Source: an uncultured Spirochaetota bacterium
GTDB taxonomy: Bacteria; Spirochaetota; Brevinematia; Brevinematales; JAOACQ01
Length of the DNA: 64,000 bases
Direction: 5' to 3'
NCBI GenBank assembly: GCA_963783575.1
Contig: CAWAOD010000005.1
Coordinates: forward strand, 448,001 to 512,000
How positions within the stretch are numbered: position 1 is the first letter of the stretch; each line of letters opens with the position of its first letter. Made by a program: the position numbers and the translations under genes. The notes under the pieces are model-generated. The model was not told the origin of the DNA, searched no databases, and saw nothing but the letters and a program-made list of their open reading frames with translations. This document shows, piece by piece, positions 39,831-51,570 of this stretch.

Positions 39831-41458
39831 TTACCTTTTATGTTTCAGACGGGTTTTTTTGTTCAAAGTTTTATTGTTTATCGATTTTGATAATTTCTTC
39901 GATATAATACTTCTATAAGCATCCGGAATTATTCCATAATTTGTGTTTGTAATGCAATTAGTACTCATGAAGCCATATTCACCGGAATCCCAGTCCTGGC
40001 TGACAAAATACAAATAAAGAGGAGTGCCGGTAGTAAGATCGGGATCGCTAAAATCCAGCTCCAGAATCCCTGTATCTACTCCATAACCGTCTCCAATGTA
40101 ATTGGTATTCATTCTATCCATTAAATTGGTATAATTATCATCATAAGTTAAATTCTCATCTGTCAGTGTTTCATTATAAGAAATAATATCAGAAGTTGTT
40201 ACAGGGCTGGTATAAATATAAAAATAATCGTCAATATTTGCGCTGGCTTCGACGAGGTAATCGTAAACTCCATTGTAAATATCCTGGACAGCGCTATTGT
40301 CCGAATTATCGGCCGCCGCTTCATTAGAGTAGCTGTCATATTTAGTGTAATAAAGCGAACTTACCTGATTTGAGTCTCCGGTATATATATACCAGGTGCT
40401 GCCGCCGTCTTCCGAATCCGCAGCATAAACTGTTCCGGTTGAATTGAACCCTTCCTGGTACAGATAGGTATATTGCGGAGATCCGACATCATGCTCTTTA
40501 TATGTAGTGGTTAGATAACCCCCGCTATCATCCGCGAAACCGACGGTCTGGTAGGAATATTTTCCGTAACTGTCCGAGTAATTCTCGGTATATGCTACCC
40601 AAACACCGTGCAGACTGCTGTTTGTATCCTGCTTCATGGAAAGATTTGCCAGATAATTATAATCATTCGGAGCTTGCTCCAAATAGAGCATTTTAGCGGC
40701 TTTCCTATTGTCGTCATATGTGAAAATATAGCCGTTGGTACCATAGTTTGTGTCTGTATAATCCAGTTTAAGACTGCTCCAATTTGAACTCCAGGAGGCT
40801 GTAAAATCTTCCGAGGGATCATATGTAAATTGGTAATCATAATTAGAATCCCCCGATAGCTTTGTATAAAGGAAAGGGTCTAAAAGGTAGGGTGTACTGC
40901 TTAAAAAGTTGTCCAGATAATCAATGTCAATTCCTTCGGGGTCAGGAACAACGGACATGACTTTATTGGTATAATACTGATCATAGGTTACTTCTACGTT
41001 AGTATAATCCTGAGTACTGGGAATAAGGTTGCTGACCGCGACATAAACTAAAACCAGGTCCATGGCGGCATAGCCTTCGCTTGTTACCATATTGCTTACC
41101 ATACCCGTTATCTCCTGATATGCCCCGCTGTCACTTATAGTATTTCTTGCCAAGCCATGCCTCTTTTTTGATGCGGCAATTTTGTTCTGTGATTTTGATA
41201 AATGCACCGACCTGCCCTTTATAACAATATGATGGTTCCAGATTAAGCTTTTCAGCTTCAATTTTAGTGAATCAGGCGTCTGAAGGCCCATTTTTAGCTT
41301 TAAATCATTATTGGAATTGCCAGGTGTACTGGAATTAACTGCTGTGCTTGACGTTGAGCTCGAGTTTGAATTTCCTCCCTTAGGACTCGTGAACATGACC
41401 AAAAAAGCCACCCGACAAGACTTAAAACAAAAATTAATTTTATATACTTAGTCAGCAT
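39831..41458 (-). CDS. Acidic Tyr/Asp-rich putative lipoprotein (frameshift near 41390)
   Basis: ATG at 41458 after AAGGAGG gives MLTKYIKLIFVLSLVGWLFWSC lipobox in another frame; Ser-rich linker follows. Confidence 0.6.
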
Positions 41459-41549
41459 AAAAATTCCTCCTTAAAAAACTTGTTTTTACTATAATACCTT
41501 TTTTTAAAAAAATCAATGAATAATTTATAATAATCTAAAATATTTATAA

Positions 41550-43258
41550 CCCAAACTGAGCGATTTTTTAATAAATACCAAAAACAGGTTTATAAAAGCC
41601 AAAATTTATAAAAATTTGGATATATTTTTTTGTCACCGGTTAATTTGCCGAATTTATGCGTTTGAAAGCACTAAAATCATCAATCTCTGAGATATTTTCA
41701 ATTTTTGGCGCAATACCCCCTTATTAATCCATGAAAACAGAGCGCATCTTTAAATCGGGGTAACCGTTCCGCATTTCTCCCACAAATCTAACAATTTAAA
41801 CCTGTCAACTACTTCTTCCCTGAATTTTAAAATAGCCCGCCCGCCTGTTTTAACAATCTTTCCCGCAATATCAATAAATATTCGCCTGACCGTATCCGGA
41901 TAACTTTCCACTGGTATTTCCGGTATATCCATATCCGCCTGATAAGCCGACAGCAGATTATACGCTATTATCGATAAAAAATAATATACACCGTTTGATA
42001 CAAAACTCTTAAACGGCAGTGTTTCATCCACGAATTCTTTTATTCCACGGTTCACCAGTTCATCTTTTGCCCTCAGATGATAGAGCCTCACTATTTCCTC
42101 TGCCGTCATATATTTCACAAGCCCCTTTTCTTTCAATACTTCCGCTTCTTCAAGATTTGTATAAATAATATTTTCAGGCCTGTCGAACGCTAATCTGAAA
42201 ACCCCGTCTTCACATTCATATTTGGTATAAATGGCACGGTATCCCTTTTCCCAGCTATCCCGTCTGTCCCGAAAGTCCAGGTATTCAATTACATCTCCTT
42301 TTTTCTCAAACCTTCTCCATTCTTCCGGCAATCGCTTCATCAAATCGAGTTTGATTGAATCCAGTATTCTCCCGCCGCATATAAAGAACAGTTTCAGGTC
42401 TTCCAGCTTCTTAAAATACTTTTGGTCAAAAAACCCGCTATCAGACACAACGATAATCGGCACCTCTTTGTCATAGCATTTCCGGATTTCCTTCACTGTT
42501 TCTTCCAGCATTGTAAACAGATCGTCACCGTGATTCGGGGATTCGCTTCCTTCGTGGAACGCCAGGTTCACGATAAAACCATTCCAATACATATGCAGCG
42601 GATGATACCCGTTAACCTTTTTGTAGGTATAAGTCACGCCGTTTCGCTTTTTAGCGTCATCATTATTCAGTACCATCGTATCAAGTCCGAGAATAATAAC
42701 TTTCGGGTTCTTTATCTTGAGACGCCAGACAAAAAGCTTAATTAGAATCTTTTGAAGCTCTTTAAACATTGTCTTTTTTACCACTGAAAAAAATCTCTTT
42801 ATCACATGGGATGAGCACATATTGTCTTTGCTGCATTCAATGGCCTTTCTGTGCCCGATATCATTTGCCAATTCATCAAACCGGGTCATGGTAAATTTGC
42901 TTCCATCTATGAAAAACAGCATCAATTGAGAAATAATTTTTTCTATATCTTTACCTTTGCGGCTCTTGCGAATTCCCTGAAATACTTCGCTGATCAGGGG
43001 AATAACTTTAATATTCTTGAGATATCTCAGGACAAACGTAAGCCCGCCGCGGCTGGTAAGACAATCTTTCGTTATGCCGATTTTTTGAATCTCATTTCCC
43101 TGAATTTTGCGATTTTTATTTTTTTCAGTCATAATTTACCTGCTTTTGCACCCAATGGGTGTTATTCCGGGGTAAGGATGGCTGTAACCATTTCCTTACC
43201 CCATTTTATTTTAGCATGGTTTTATTTTTATGGATAGTTAAGAATCGCTCAGTTTAGG
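41550..43258 (-). mobile_element. IS1380-family insertion sequence
   Basis: TIRs CCCAAACTGAGCGATT / AATCGCTCAGTTTAGG; 5-bp DR TATAA. Confidence 0.9.
41750..43132 (-). CDS. IS1380 transposase
   Basis: LTSRGGL, GLDTMV, GYHPL, SDSGF, YHLRAKDE. Confidence 0.9.
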   Translation of the reverse strand: MTEKNKNRKIQGNEIQKIGITKDCLTSRGGLTFVLRYLKNIKVIPLISEVFQGIRKSRKGKDIEKIISQLMLFFIDGSKFTMTRFDELANDIGHRKAIECSKDNMCSSHVIKRFFSVVKKTMFKELQKILIKLFVWRLKIKNPKVIILGLDTMVLNNDDAKKRNGVTYTYKKVNGYHPLHMYWNGFIVNLAFHEGSESPNHGDDLFTMLEETVKEIRKCYDKEVPIIVVSDSGFFDQKYFKKLEDLKLFFICGGRILDSIKLDLMKRLPEEWRRFEKKGDVIEYLDFRDRRDSWEKGYRAIYTKYECEDGVFRLAFDRPENIIYTNLEEAEVLKEKGLVKYMTAEEIVRLYHLRAKDELVNRGIKEFVDETLPFKSFVSNGVYYFLSIIAYNLLSAYQADMDIPEIPVESYPDTVRRIFIDIAGKIVKTGGRAILKFREEVVDRFKLLDLWEKCGTVTPI

Positions 43259-43412
43259 TATAATAAAAATTTTTACAAAATAATAGTAAATTCTATTGAC
43301 AGAAATTTTATAATAATTAGAATAACATGCCGCCAGAAATATGGCTGGCAGGAAAACCGGAATCAACTGTAATAAAATGTTTTAAAGTAAAATTTACCGG
43401 GGGTATGTTATT

Positions 43413-46310
43413 ATGATAAAAAAGACAAGTCTATTAGCGCTGTTAATGTTTTTTATTTGTGCCGGTTCGGCTTTTTGTGTTTTTGACTACGGGCGCAAGC
43501 TATATACAACCAGCACAAAGTATTTCGATATTATTTACGCGGAAAATTCCAAAGATACGGCTTTTTATATCGCTTCATTTGCCGATGACTTTTTTGAGAA
43601 AATCAATGCCCTGGTTCAAGACAAATGGAAGGAAAGAATCACGGTAGTTATTAGCGATGATCATGACGATGCTCAGGGCTATGCCAATGTAACCCCGGGT
43701 TATTCAACCATTACTATATTCGATACCCCGGCTGAAGTTGACACGACTGTCGGTAACAGTAAAAATTTTGTAAAATATGAATTTTTTCATGAATCGACGC
43801 ATGTCATCTCTCTGAATACCAGGAGCAAGCTCCTTGAGATTTTATCAAAAATTTTCGGTAACTGGGTCTACCCCCAATCGGCATTGCCATGGTTTATGGT
43901 TGAGGGAATAACCGTAAGCACTGAAAATTCGGATGCGAGAGAAGACTTCAATCATACCGACGGAAGGATCAATCACCCATGGATAGCCGAACAGCTTAAG
44001 CAGGATATCGTGGAAAACAGGTTTAAAAATCCGCAGCAGGCTACCGGAACTTATGATACTTATCCTATCAGATATATATTCTACCATTACGGCGGTTTTT
44101 TTAACCACTATATCGAAAAAAAATACGGGGCTGAAAAATACTCGGAATTATGGCATAAAACGGGGGATAATATTCTGGCCGCAATCGGGAACGGCTGGCA
44201 GTTGAATGGGGCAGGAGTTTTCGACGCTTATACACCGGTTATGTTTTTAGGAAATACCTTCGGTTTCGGCATGGCTTTTAAATCGGTTTATGGAGTTTCT
44301 ATAGAAGACGAATGGAAGAATTTTATGGAGGATATGCGTTACAAGGGAAAACTGGACACCAACACCAATACATTGATCGACAGCAATATATGGGTTGATT
44401 ATCCGGTCCTGGTTAAAGGTAAACTCTATTATATCGACCATTTTAACGAAGCCGTCGTCTGTTATGATATTCAGAGCAAGAAATCGGTTTACCTGGTGGA
44501 AGGTGAAGGAATTGAATCCATTTCAGTCTCAAAAGACGGAAAAAACATGCTTGTCAACCGCTTTGTTTATAAAGACAGGGTAAATGGTCTGACAAAGGCG
44601 GTCACTCAGTTTTATGATCTTGAGAAAAGATGTTTTACCGGAAAAGAAATAGAAGGGTTCCGTGAAGTCAGCTTTTTCAATGACGGCTTGATCGGCATTA
44701 GGGCCAAGAAACACTATACCGATCTTGTAAAAATCGATTTAAATGGAAATTCAGATATTGTGCTGGCCGGTAATGACACCCTTTATTACAGTACGCCGAA
44801 GCAGTTCAATGATAATGAGATAGTTTTCCTGATGAGCGATAATAATATTATTAAAATCGGTAAATATAATTTTGAAACTAAGTCCGCTCAATCGCTCGAA
44901 GCCCCCGTAAAATATGTAAAAAATATCGGTGTTTATGAGGGTAAGATATTCTTCTGCTACAATAATGACTTTACATTTTATAAAATGGCTGTGGCGGATG
45001 GAACAAATTTAACCATACAGACAAACAATGTTTCCGGCGGCGTATTTTTCCCAATGATGGAAAATAACCGGATCTATTATGCCGGGAGCTTTTCACAGGG
45101 TTATAAGTTTATGGTTTATCCCGAAAATTTCAATAGTCTTACCGGAACAAATATAGCAGCCGTTTATGCGGATTTTAACGGAAATAGCAGTACAAACGGA
45201 AGAATTGTAGATTATAAGGGAACTGTCAGTGATTATAACGCATTTCCTTATTTACTTCCGCATAACTGGATTCCAATGATCGGCTTTATGGGAGCCGATA
45301 TGCTTGATTACAACACTCTCTATTCCTGGACAACAGGGCAGCAGCAATTCAACGGAATAGACAGCGCAGGTATATTTACGCGAATGGAAGACCCGACGGC
45401 TATGAACACGATTAATTTAATGTTATTATACAATTTTCTCTATCCCTTTGCTGATGTCGGAATAGACTGGAAAAGCAGCGCCCTGCCGGTTCATTTCGAG
45501 GTGATAGCCGGAGACAAATTGAAATATCCTTTATCATTATACGGTTTTGTTTTTTATTCTTATTACAGGGATACAAGCGGAGCGCTTGATTTAAACTATA
45601 CTTTTAACTTTATATCTCAAAATCAGTATTTGAAAATCGGAACAACGCAATCCTATGACGTTAACTTCGCAGATTTTAGTATGGCGATTATTAACCCTTA
45701 TTCATGGCCAGAGTTACAGGATACTTATTCTTCGAAAGTTTACTTCAAACTGGCTGATTATACCATGTTCCATCAGTACCGGACATATAACTATGTTAGA
45801 GGATTTGAATTAAACGGATATTATACTTATAATATTCTTAACCAGGATATTAATAACACATATTGGCAAACCGGCGGAGATTTACAGGTATATCCTTATT
45901 ATTTCCCACTGATTATTAAAATTAACGCCGCTTATAATTCTATCGGTATTTTAAGTCCATACAGCCAGGGATATAATGAATTTTCATATGTGGGATTATA
46001 TTCCTATTATTATACAGGAGGAGATGCAGCTGCCGAACTTTTAAATTTTGATACCCAGTATGGCCTGCCGCTTTTTCTTCCAGTTTATATTAACCAGATT
46101 TCCTGGACAGCCGGCTACAGAAACGCTTACCTTGCAGAAACTTACCTGCAGTCGATATACAGCAGGTTAACATTAACGATGCCGTATATGTACGGGTCTT
46201 ATTCGCAGGTAAAAGTAAATATCTTTGGAGAGGTTTACTACGCTATAAGTACAGGCGGATATGGCTTTTTTATAGGGTTTGATATCGGAAAGCAGGGACA
46301 GGAGAATTGA
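43413..46310 (+). CDS. Secreted/outer-membrane protein: zincin-like HExxH domain, beta-propeller and probable C-terminal beta-barrel
   Basis: Signal peptide, HESTH, PWFMVEG; aromatic alternating C-terminal strands. Confidence 0.6.
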   Translation: MIKKTSLLALLMFFICAGSAFCVFDYGRKLYTTSTKYFDIIYAENSKDTAFYIASFADDFFEKINALVQDKWKERITVVISDDHDDAQGYANVTPGYSTITIFDTPAEVDTTVGNSKNFVKYEFFHESTHVISLNTRSKLLEILSKIFGNWVYPQSALPWFMVEGITVSTENSDAREDFNHTDGRINHPWIAEQLKQDIVENRFKNPQQATGTYDTYPIRYIFYHYGGFFNHYIEKKYGAEKYSELWHKTGDNILAAIGNGWQLNGAGVFDAYTPVMFLGNTFGFGMAFKSVYGVSIEDEWKNFMEDMRYKGKLDTNTNTLIDSNIWVDYPVLVKGKLYYIDHFNEAVVCYDIQSKKSVYLVEGEGIESISVSKDGKNMLVNRFVYKDRVNGLTKAVTQFYDLEKRCFTGKEIEGFREVSFFNDGLIGIRAKKHYTDLVKIDLNGNSDIVLAGNDTLYYSTPKQFNDNEIVFLMSDNNIIKIGKYNFETKSAQSLEAPVKYVKNIGVYEGKIFFCYNNDFTFYKMAVADGTNLTIQTNNVSGGVFFPMMENNRIYYAGSFSQGYKFMVYPENFNSLTGTNIAAVYADFNGNSSTNGRIVDYKGTVSDYNAFPYLLPHNWIPMIGFMGADMLDYNTLYSWTTGQQQFNGIDSAGIFTRMEDPTAMNTINLMLLYNFLYPFADVGIDWKSSALPVHFEVIAGDKLKYPLSLYGFVFYSYYRDTSGALDLNYTFNFISQNQYLKIGTTQSYDVNFADFSMAIINPYSWPELQDTYSSKVYFKLADYTMFHQYRTYNYVRGFELNGYYTYNILNQDINNTYWQTGGDLQVYPYYFPLIIKINAAYNSIGILSPYSQGYNEFSYVGLYSYYYTGGDAAAELLNFDTQYGLPLFLPVYINQISWTAGYRNAYLAETYLQSIYSRLTLTMPYMYGSYSQVKVNIFGEVYYAISTGGYGFFIGFDIGKQGQEN

Positions 46311-46379
46311 TTCTACCGGATTAACTGAAATTATCCTTAAATTCTATAGTACTAAAGTTGTAATCAAAAGGAGTAAAGC

Positions 46380-49190
46380 ATGGCTGAACCAATTTCAATG
46401 AAAGAAAAAATAAATATCTCCAAGAAAACTATTATTGCTATTGTTGGAACTTTTATTATTATCATATTAGTTTTTACCGCACTTTTATTTACCGGAAAAA
46501 TTGTTGACCTGGGTTTATTCTCAAAAATAGATAAGGATTTTTCATTTGTCTCTCCTTATCTTGTCTCACTTGACTCAAAGAATAACATCTGCCTTGTTGA
46601 CAATCGTTCCAAAAGACTGACCAAATTAACTCCAAAAGGTGAAGTAGTCTTTTCCCTTCAGGGCGGAAAGAGAAACAAGGGGGATTTTTACCTTCTATTG
46701 GATACGGCCCTTGACGACCATGATTATATCTATATCCTAAACGTCATTGTTGATATAGTAGATGGATATCCCGGGGTTTACGAAATTCTGCGTTACACGC
46801 CTGAAGGGCATTATGACAGCACAATATTCAGGTATGAACGCAGTAAAGAGGAACGTCAGGATACCAGTGACGGTTATATTCTGGGGAATATCCAGGTAAA
46901 GAATAACTTCGTTTATTATGTTTTTTATACCAAAAAGGAAGGCAGTCAATTCTTCAAAGCTCCAATTAACGGAGGGAAGCCGGAACTTATCCTTACCATG
47001 AAGGACAAGGTCGATTTTATTAACATGGTCGGTACCGAACCGGGAAATATTTATCTGACAAAGTTTAACGGAAAGATTTATAAAGTTCTGGAAGACGGTT
47101 CATTAAAACCGCTGGATGATATCAATAAAGCAATTTCCGCTCCATGGGGGCTGAGGATTGATGAAGATAAAAACCTTTATGTTACTGATATTGATACCCA
47201 GAATATTTTCAAGATACTTCCCGGTAATGTTGTTTCAACATTTATAACAAAAGATATTTTAGGTGATCAGGGTTATAAAGTAAAAAATGTGGTTTTCAGA
47301 TACTTTTCATTAACCTCATCCGGAAGCATCACAGTTGTTGATGAATTAAACGACTCCATTCTGACTTTCGGTCCCGATGGAAAAATTGTAAACAAGCTCA
47401 ATAAAGGTTATTATTCCCCAAAGATAATAATTCTTAATATTATTTATAAAGTGGAATTTGTTATACTAGTAATAGCTCTTTTATTCCTGATAATCTTATT
47501 CTACTTGAAGGTATTATTTAGAAGGCTGCCTCTAGTATTTAAACAGTTCGCCGTTTTCCTTCCGCTGATAGCCCTATCTATAGCGATTGCTTCGATCCAG
47601 ACATATAACCAGCTTTACAATAAACAATTGGATGCTTTGTATGATCATGTGGCTATGATTGCGCAAATCGGCTCTGAAAAAATAGACGGGGATGCCCTTG
47701 AAAGAATTACCAAACCTGAAGATTTCATGGGCAAGGATTATCTCAAAGTTGAAAAAGAAATGCATGATATAATGCATGATAACCAGGACAAGTGGAATGA
47801 GCTGCCGTATTCCAGAATTTATAAGTTTAGAAATGGTTTGTGTTACATTACAGTCGACTGGTCCAGCCGTTACGGAGTACTCTATCCGTTTACCTATTTT
47901 CAGCAAGTCCACAAAGACGCTTATGAAAAGGGTAAAATCGGCTATACAAGATACAGCGATTTTGACAGCGATCTGCTGGTAGGTGTCGCACCGATCAGGA
48001 ACTCCAAGGGAGTTATCACAGGCGTATATGAGGTTATGATTGATTCTTACATTCTTAATGAACAGCAGAAGGAATTTGTAAGGAACCTGATATCAACCGT
48101 TACAATATCCCTTGTCGTTATTATAGGAGCGTTCTCGATATTTATCTATCTGCTGCTCCAGGCCCTGGGAAAACTGCGGAGCGCATTAATTGAAGTTTCA
48201 AGCGGTATGTGGGATGCATCAATCGACATCCGGAGCCGTGATGAAATTGAAGACCTTGGAAAGGGATTTAATATAATGGCAGGAACAATACGTTCTTATA
48301 TTGCTCAAATTACAAACTTGAACAGGGCCTACTTCAGATTTGTGCCTAACGAGTTTTTGAAGTTTCTAGAAAAGCAGAGCATTTTAGAAATCAGCCTGGG
48401 CAACCAGGTTCAGAAAGAGATGACGATTATGTTCTCGGATATCCGTTCATTCACAAGCCTCTCGGAAAAGATGACTCCGGAGGAAAATTTTAACTTCATA
48501 AACGGCTATCTGAAACGAATGGGACCTGTCATCAGGCAAAATAAGGGATTTATTGATAAATATATTGGTGACGCTATTATGGCGCTCTTCGCTGAAAAGG
48601 CCGAAGACGGCGTAAAAACCGGGATTGAGATGAAGATAAAATTGGCGGATTATAACAAAAAAAGGCAGGAAAACGGCTTGCAGGAGATAAGCATCGGTGT
48701 TGGGCTTCATACTGGGAATCTAATGCTTGGAATCATAGGCGAAGAGGAAAGAATGGATGGTACGGTAATATCAGATAATGTTAACCTCGCATCGCGTCTG
48801 GAAGGATTGACGAAAATGTACGGAGCAGGCATTATTATTAGTGAAAATACATTCAGCCGTATTCAAGACATAGAAAAAAAATACCATTACCGTTTTCTGG
48901 ACAAAGTCCGGGTTAAAGGTAAAAATGAGTCTGTTACAATTTATGAAATCCTTGACGGATCTTCCGAAGGACAAATTGAACTCAAAACAAAAACCAGGGA
49001 TAATTATTATGCGGCTTTAAAGATGTACCAGATTGGTAAATTTAAGGAAGCTATACAAATGTTTGAACAAATCCTTAAAATCAATGATCATGACAAAGCC
49101 TGCAATCTGTTTATTGAACGCTGTGAAAAATACATAAAATTCGGTTCTCCTGAAAACTGGGATGGAGCAGAGCACCTGGACGAAAAATAA
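46380..49190 (+). CDS. Membrane adenylate/guanylate cyclase (NHL propeller, HAMP, class III cyclase, TPR)
   Basis: MFSDIRSFT, IDKYIGDAIMALF, TVISDNVNLASRLEGLTK. Confidence 0.92.
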   Translation: MAEPISMKEKINISKKTIIAIVGTFIIIILVFTALLFTGKIVDLGLFSKIDKDFSFVSPYLVSLDSKNNICLVDNRSKRLTKLTPKGEVVFSLQGGKRNKGDFYLLLDTALDDHDYIYILNVIVDIVDGYPGVYEILRYTPEGHYDSTIFRYERSKEERQDTSDGYILGNIQVKNNFVYYVFYTKKEGSQFFKAPINGGKPELILTMKDKVDFINMVGTEPGNIYLTKFNGKIYKVLEDGSLKPLDDINKAISAPWGLRIDEDKNLYVTDIDTQNIFKILPGNVVSTFITKDILGDQGYKVKNVVFRYFSLTSSGSITVVDELNDSILTFGPDGKIVNKLNKGYYSPKIIILNIIYKVEFVILVIALLFLIILFYLKVLFRRLPLVFKQFAVFLPLIALSIAIASIQTYNQLYNKQLDALYDHVAMIAQIGSEKIDGDALERITKPEDFMGKDYLKVEKEMHDIMHDNQDKWNELPYSRIYKFRNGLCYITVDWSSRYGVLYPFTYFQQVHKDAYEKGKIGYTRYSDFDSDLLVGVAPIRNSKGVITGVYEVMIDSYILNEQQKEFVRNLISTVTISLVVIIGAFSIFIYLLLQALGKLRSALIEVSSGMWDASIDIRSRDEIEDLGKGFNIMAGTIRSYIAQITNLNRAYFRFVPNEFLKFLEKQSILEISLGNQVQKEMTIMFSDIRSFTSLSEKMTPEENFNFINGYLKRMGPVIRQNKGFIDKYIGDAIMALFAEKAEDGVKTGIEMKIKLADYNKKRQENGLQEISIGVGLHTGNLMLGIIGEEERMDGTVISDNVNLASRLEGLTKMYGAGIIISENTFSRIQDIEKKYHYRFLDKVRVKGKNESVTIYEILDGSSEGQIELKTKTRDNYYAALKMYQIGKFKEAIQMFEQILKINDHDKACNLFIERCEKYIKFGSPENWDGAEHLDEK

Positions 49191-49211
49191 TATTATTGAT
49201 TTGACATCATA

Positions 49212-49856
49212 ATGAAATTTATATTAATTTTTACTGTTTCATTCTTTTTAATTACTGTTTCAAGCTGTTTTGACTATAGCAATGTCAAAGGTATCGCAGT
49301 GCCAAAAGCTGATTCAGTTGTGCTTCCTGATAAAATAAAAATAAATGTTGTTCACATTTCACAGCTTGATAAGAAATCATGCGCGACCACTTCAGCCGCG
49401 ATGGCTATTTCCCATTACAAAGGCCTGGATGATAAACCACTGGATAAAGAAGCAGTCTGGAAAATATCAGAAACAGACGAAAAAACTGTTCGTACTTTAG
49501 GTAATGATATGAAAGGGTTGGAGCGTATTGCAAATTATTATGGTTTTAAAAGCGAGTATGTGGAATATCTAACTTTTTTTGATCTTGAATTCCTTTTATC
49601 AAAAGGTATTTTGGTTTTAATTAATATAAGAGTTTATAAATCAGAATACACCACTCATGCTGTTTTAGTTACTGGATATGACAGGACTAAGGAGGTATTC
49701 TATGTTAACGATCCGGCAGACAACGGCTTATATAGCGGCGGATATGAACTGATTTATTCCGATCTTGACTCACGATGGTCTGCATACTTAAGTTCTCCTA
49801 GAGGTATGTCATACAGAAGCGGATTTATTATTTATCCAAAAACAGAAATAAAATAG
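49212..49856 (+). CDS. C39-like cysteine peptidase (lipoprotein)
   Basis: SQ...SCATTSAAM, HAVLVTGYD, VNDP. Confidence 0.8.
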   Translation: MKFILIFTVSFFLITVSSCFDYSNVKGIAVPKADSVVLPDKIKINVVHISQLDKKSCATTSAAMAISHYKGLDDKPLDKEAVWKISETDEKTVRTLGNDMKGLERIANYYGFKSEYVEYLTFFDLEFLLSKGILVLINIRVYKSEYTTHAVLVTGYDRTKEVFYVNDPADNGLYSGGYELIYSDLDSRWSAYLSSPRGMSYRSGFIIYPKTEIK

Positions 49857-49893
49857 ATTGTGCCTATAAGTTCAAAGAAAGGAGAATTTATTA

Positions 49894-50237
49894 ATGATAA
49901 TTAAAAAAGAAGAGATTAATGCAACTGATTTTAATGGTTTAAGCATTTTTGATTATACTTCAAAATGTAAAGAAAAATCTTCATTTGCTGTATAAACGTA
50001 CCACCTAATGTTAGTCATCAATTGTCGTGGTCAAAAAGATCTGATAAATTTTATTATATTATGGATGGTAAAATAGATTTTACGATTAATGATATGAATT
50101 ATACTCAAAATAATGGTGATTTTAGTATTATTAAAAAAGGAGAAAAATTTAAATACAAAAATAATTCCAATGAAGTTGCAACACTCATACTGGTTCATAC
50201 ACCAAATTTTAAACTAAATGAAGAAGTATTTGAATAA
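49894..50237 (+). CDS. Cupin-domain protein (1-nt frameshift ~49991)
   Basis: MIIKKEEIN...SSFAV joins NVPPNVSHQLSWSKRSDKFYYIMDG. Confidence 0.65.
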
Positions 50238-50602
50238 ATTGAAATTGGGTGATTTGGAATTTTAAATAAATTAAAATTCCAAACTTTATACAGTTGCATC
50301 ATGCTTGATTCCCTTATGTTTTATGAGCATTAACCACTCGGGATCATCAATAAATAAATGCTTCATTTTTTTATCAAATTCATCTATGACGAATGAGTCA
50401 ATATTCTTATCATCCTCGCCGTATTTTGCAAGAATTGCTGCTTTGGGTTTTCGATCATAAATAAAAAGGATCGAATATATGCTTAAGTCTCACTTGATTA
50501 TTATATTATTTTTGAGTAAATTTAATAGTTATTTAATCTTTAATTCTGAAAAAGTTATTTCTAATCAAATTACAATCAAATCTATTCTCATGGAGGTATT
50601 CA

Positions 50603-51427
50603 ATGTCCTCACATCAAATTTTGTTGGTAGATGATGAAATTGAAATCCATGATTCGTTTAAACAAATATTTTTTGACCGTAAGAATTTGAACTTATACTT
50701 TGCAAAAAATAGCAATGAGGGAATGAAAGTATTGGAAAATGATGTTATTGATATTGTTATTTCCGATTTGATAATGCCGGATACTTTTGGAATTGATTTT
50801 CTAAAAGAGGTAAAAAGGCATTATCCTGAAACTATACGGATGCTATTAACCGGATATTCGGATATAAACGCCACAATAGAAGCGATAAATAAAGATGAAA
50901 TATACCGCTATTTGACAAAGCCCTGGAACAGTGATGAATTGATAATTATTATTGATCAGGCGCTTGAATTCCTTGATCTTAAGAAAAAAACAAAAGAACT
51001 TTCCAAAAAACTTCAGAAAAAGAATAGGGAGCTTAAAGAGAGCAGGGATCTTTTTATCAGTATTTTAAACAGCATCGGGGATGGTGTGATTACAACCGAT
51101 TTTGAAGGTGTTGTTACTTTCATCAATCCTGTTTCTGAAGCTTACACCGGTTTTACATCGAAAGATGCAATTGGTAAAATGCTTTCGGAGATTTTTTATA
51201 TTATTCATGGAAATAAACGTATACCATTGGAAAATCCGATTGCAAAAATGCTAAAAGAAGGGATTACAATTAAACATTATAAAAATTATCTTCTGGTAAA
51301 CAAAAAAGGTGTGGAAATAGAGGTTGATTTCAGTATCTCGCCGATTATCAACAAAGAAAATAATATGACCGGTAAAGGAATCGTGCTTGTCTTTCATGAA
51401 ACCTGCATGAATAATCCTGAACATTGA
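50603..51427 (+). CDS. Response regulator with PAS domain
   Basis: LLVDDE, ISDLIMP, YLTKPW; SIGDGVITTD. Confidence 0.88.
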   Translation: MSSHQILLVDDEIEIHDSFKQIFFDRKNLNLYFAKNSNEGMKVLENDVIDIVISDLIMPDTFGIDFLKEVKRHYPETIRMLLTGYSDINATIEAINKDEIYRYLTKPWNSDELIIIIDQALEFLDLKKKTKELSKKLQKKNRELKESRDLFISILNSIGDGVITTDFEGVVTFINPVSEAYTGFTSKDAIGKMLSEIFYIIHGNKRIPLENPIAKMLKEGITIKHYKNYLLVNKKGVEIEVDFSISPIINKENNMTGKGIVLVFHETCMNNPEH

Positions 51428-51570
51428 ATATATTCTTCAACAAGCGTGCCGCTTGACCCAGATGTAGATTCCTTACGCAACAAAGTTGCGTATAGCTCTG
51501 CTGCGATTCCAATAGAAATACTTTCAGTTGTTCTGACTTTAATACCTTGAGACTCTGCCTCGTGAATGCT

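Noticed and set aside
50286..50480. Possible minus-strand gene remnant
   Set aside because: Short and frameshifted, with no recognisable family
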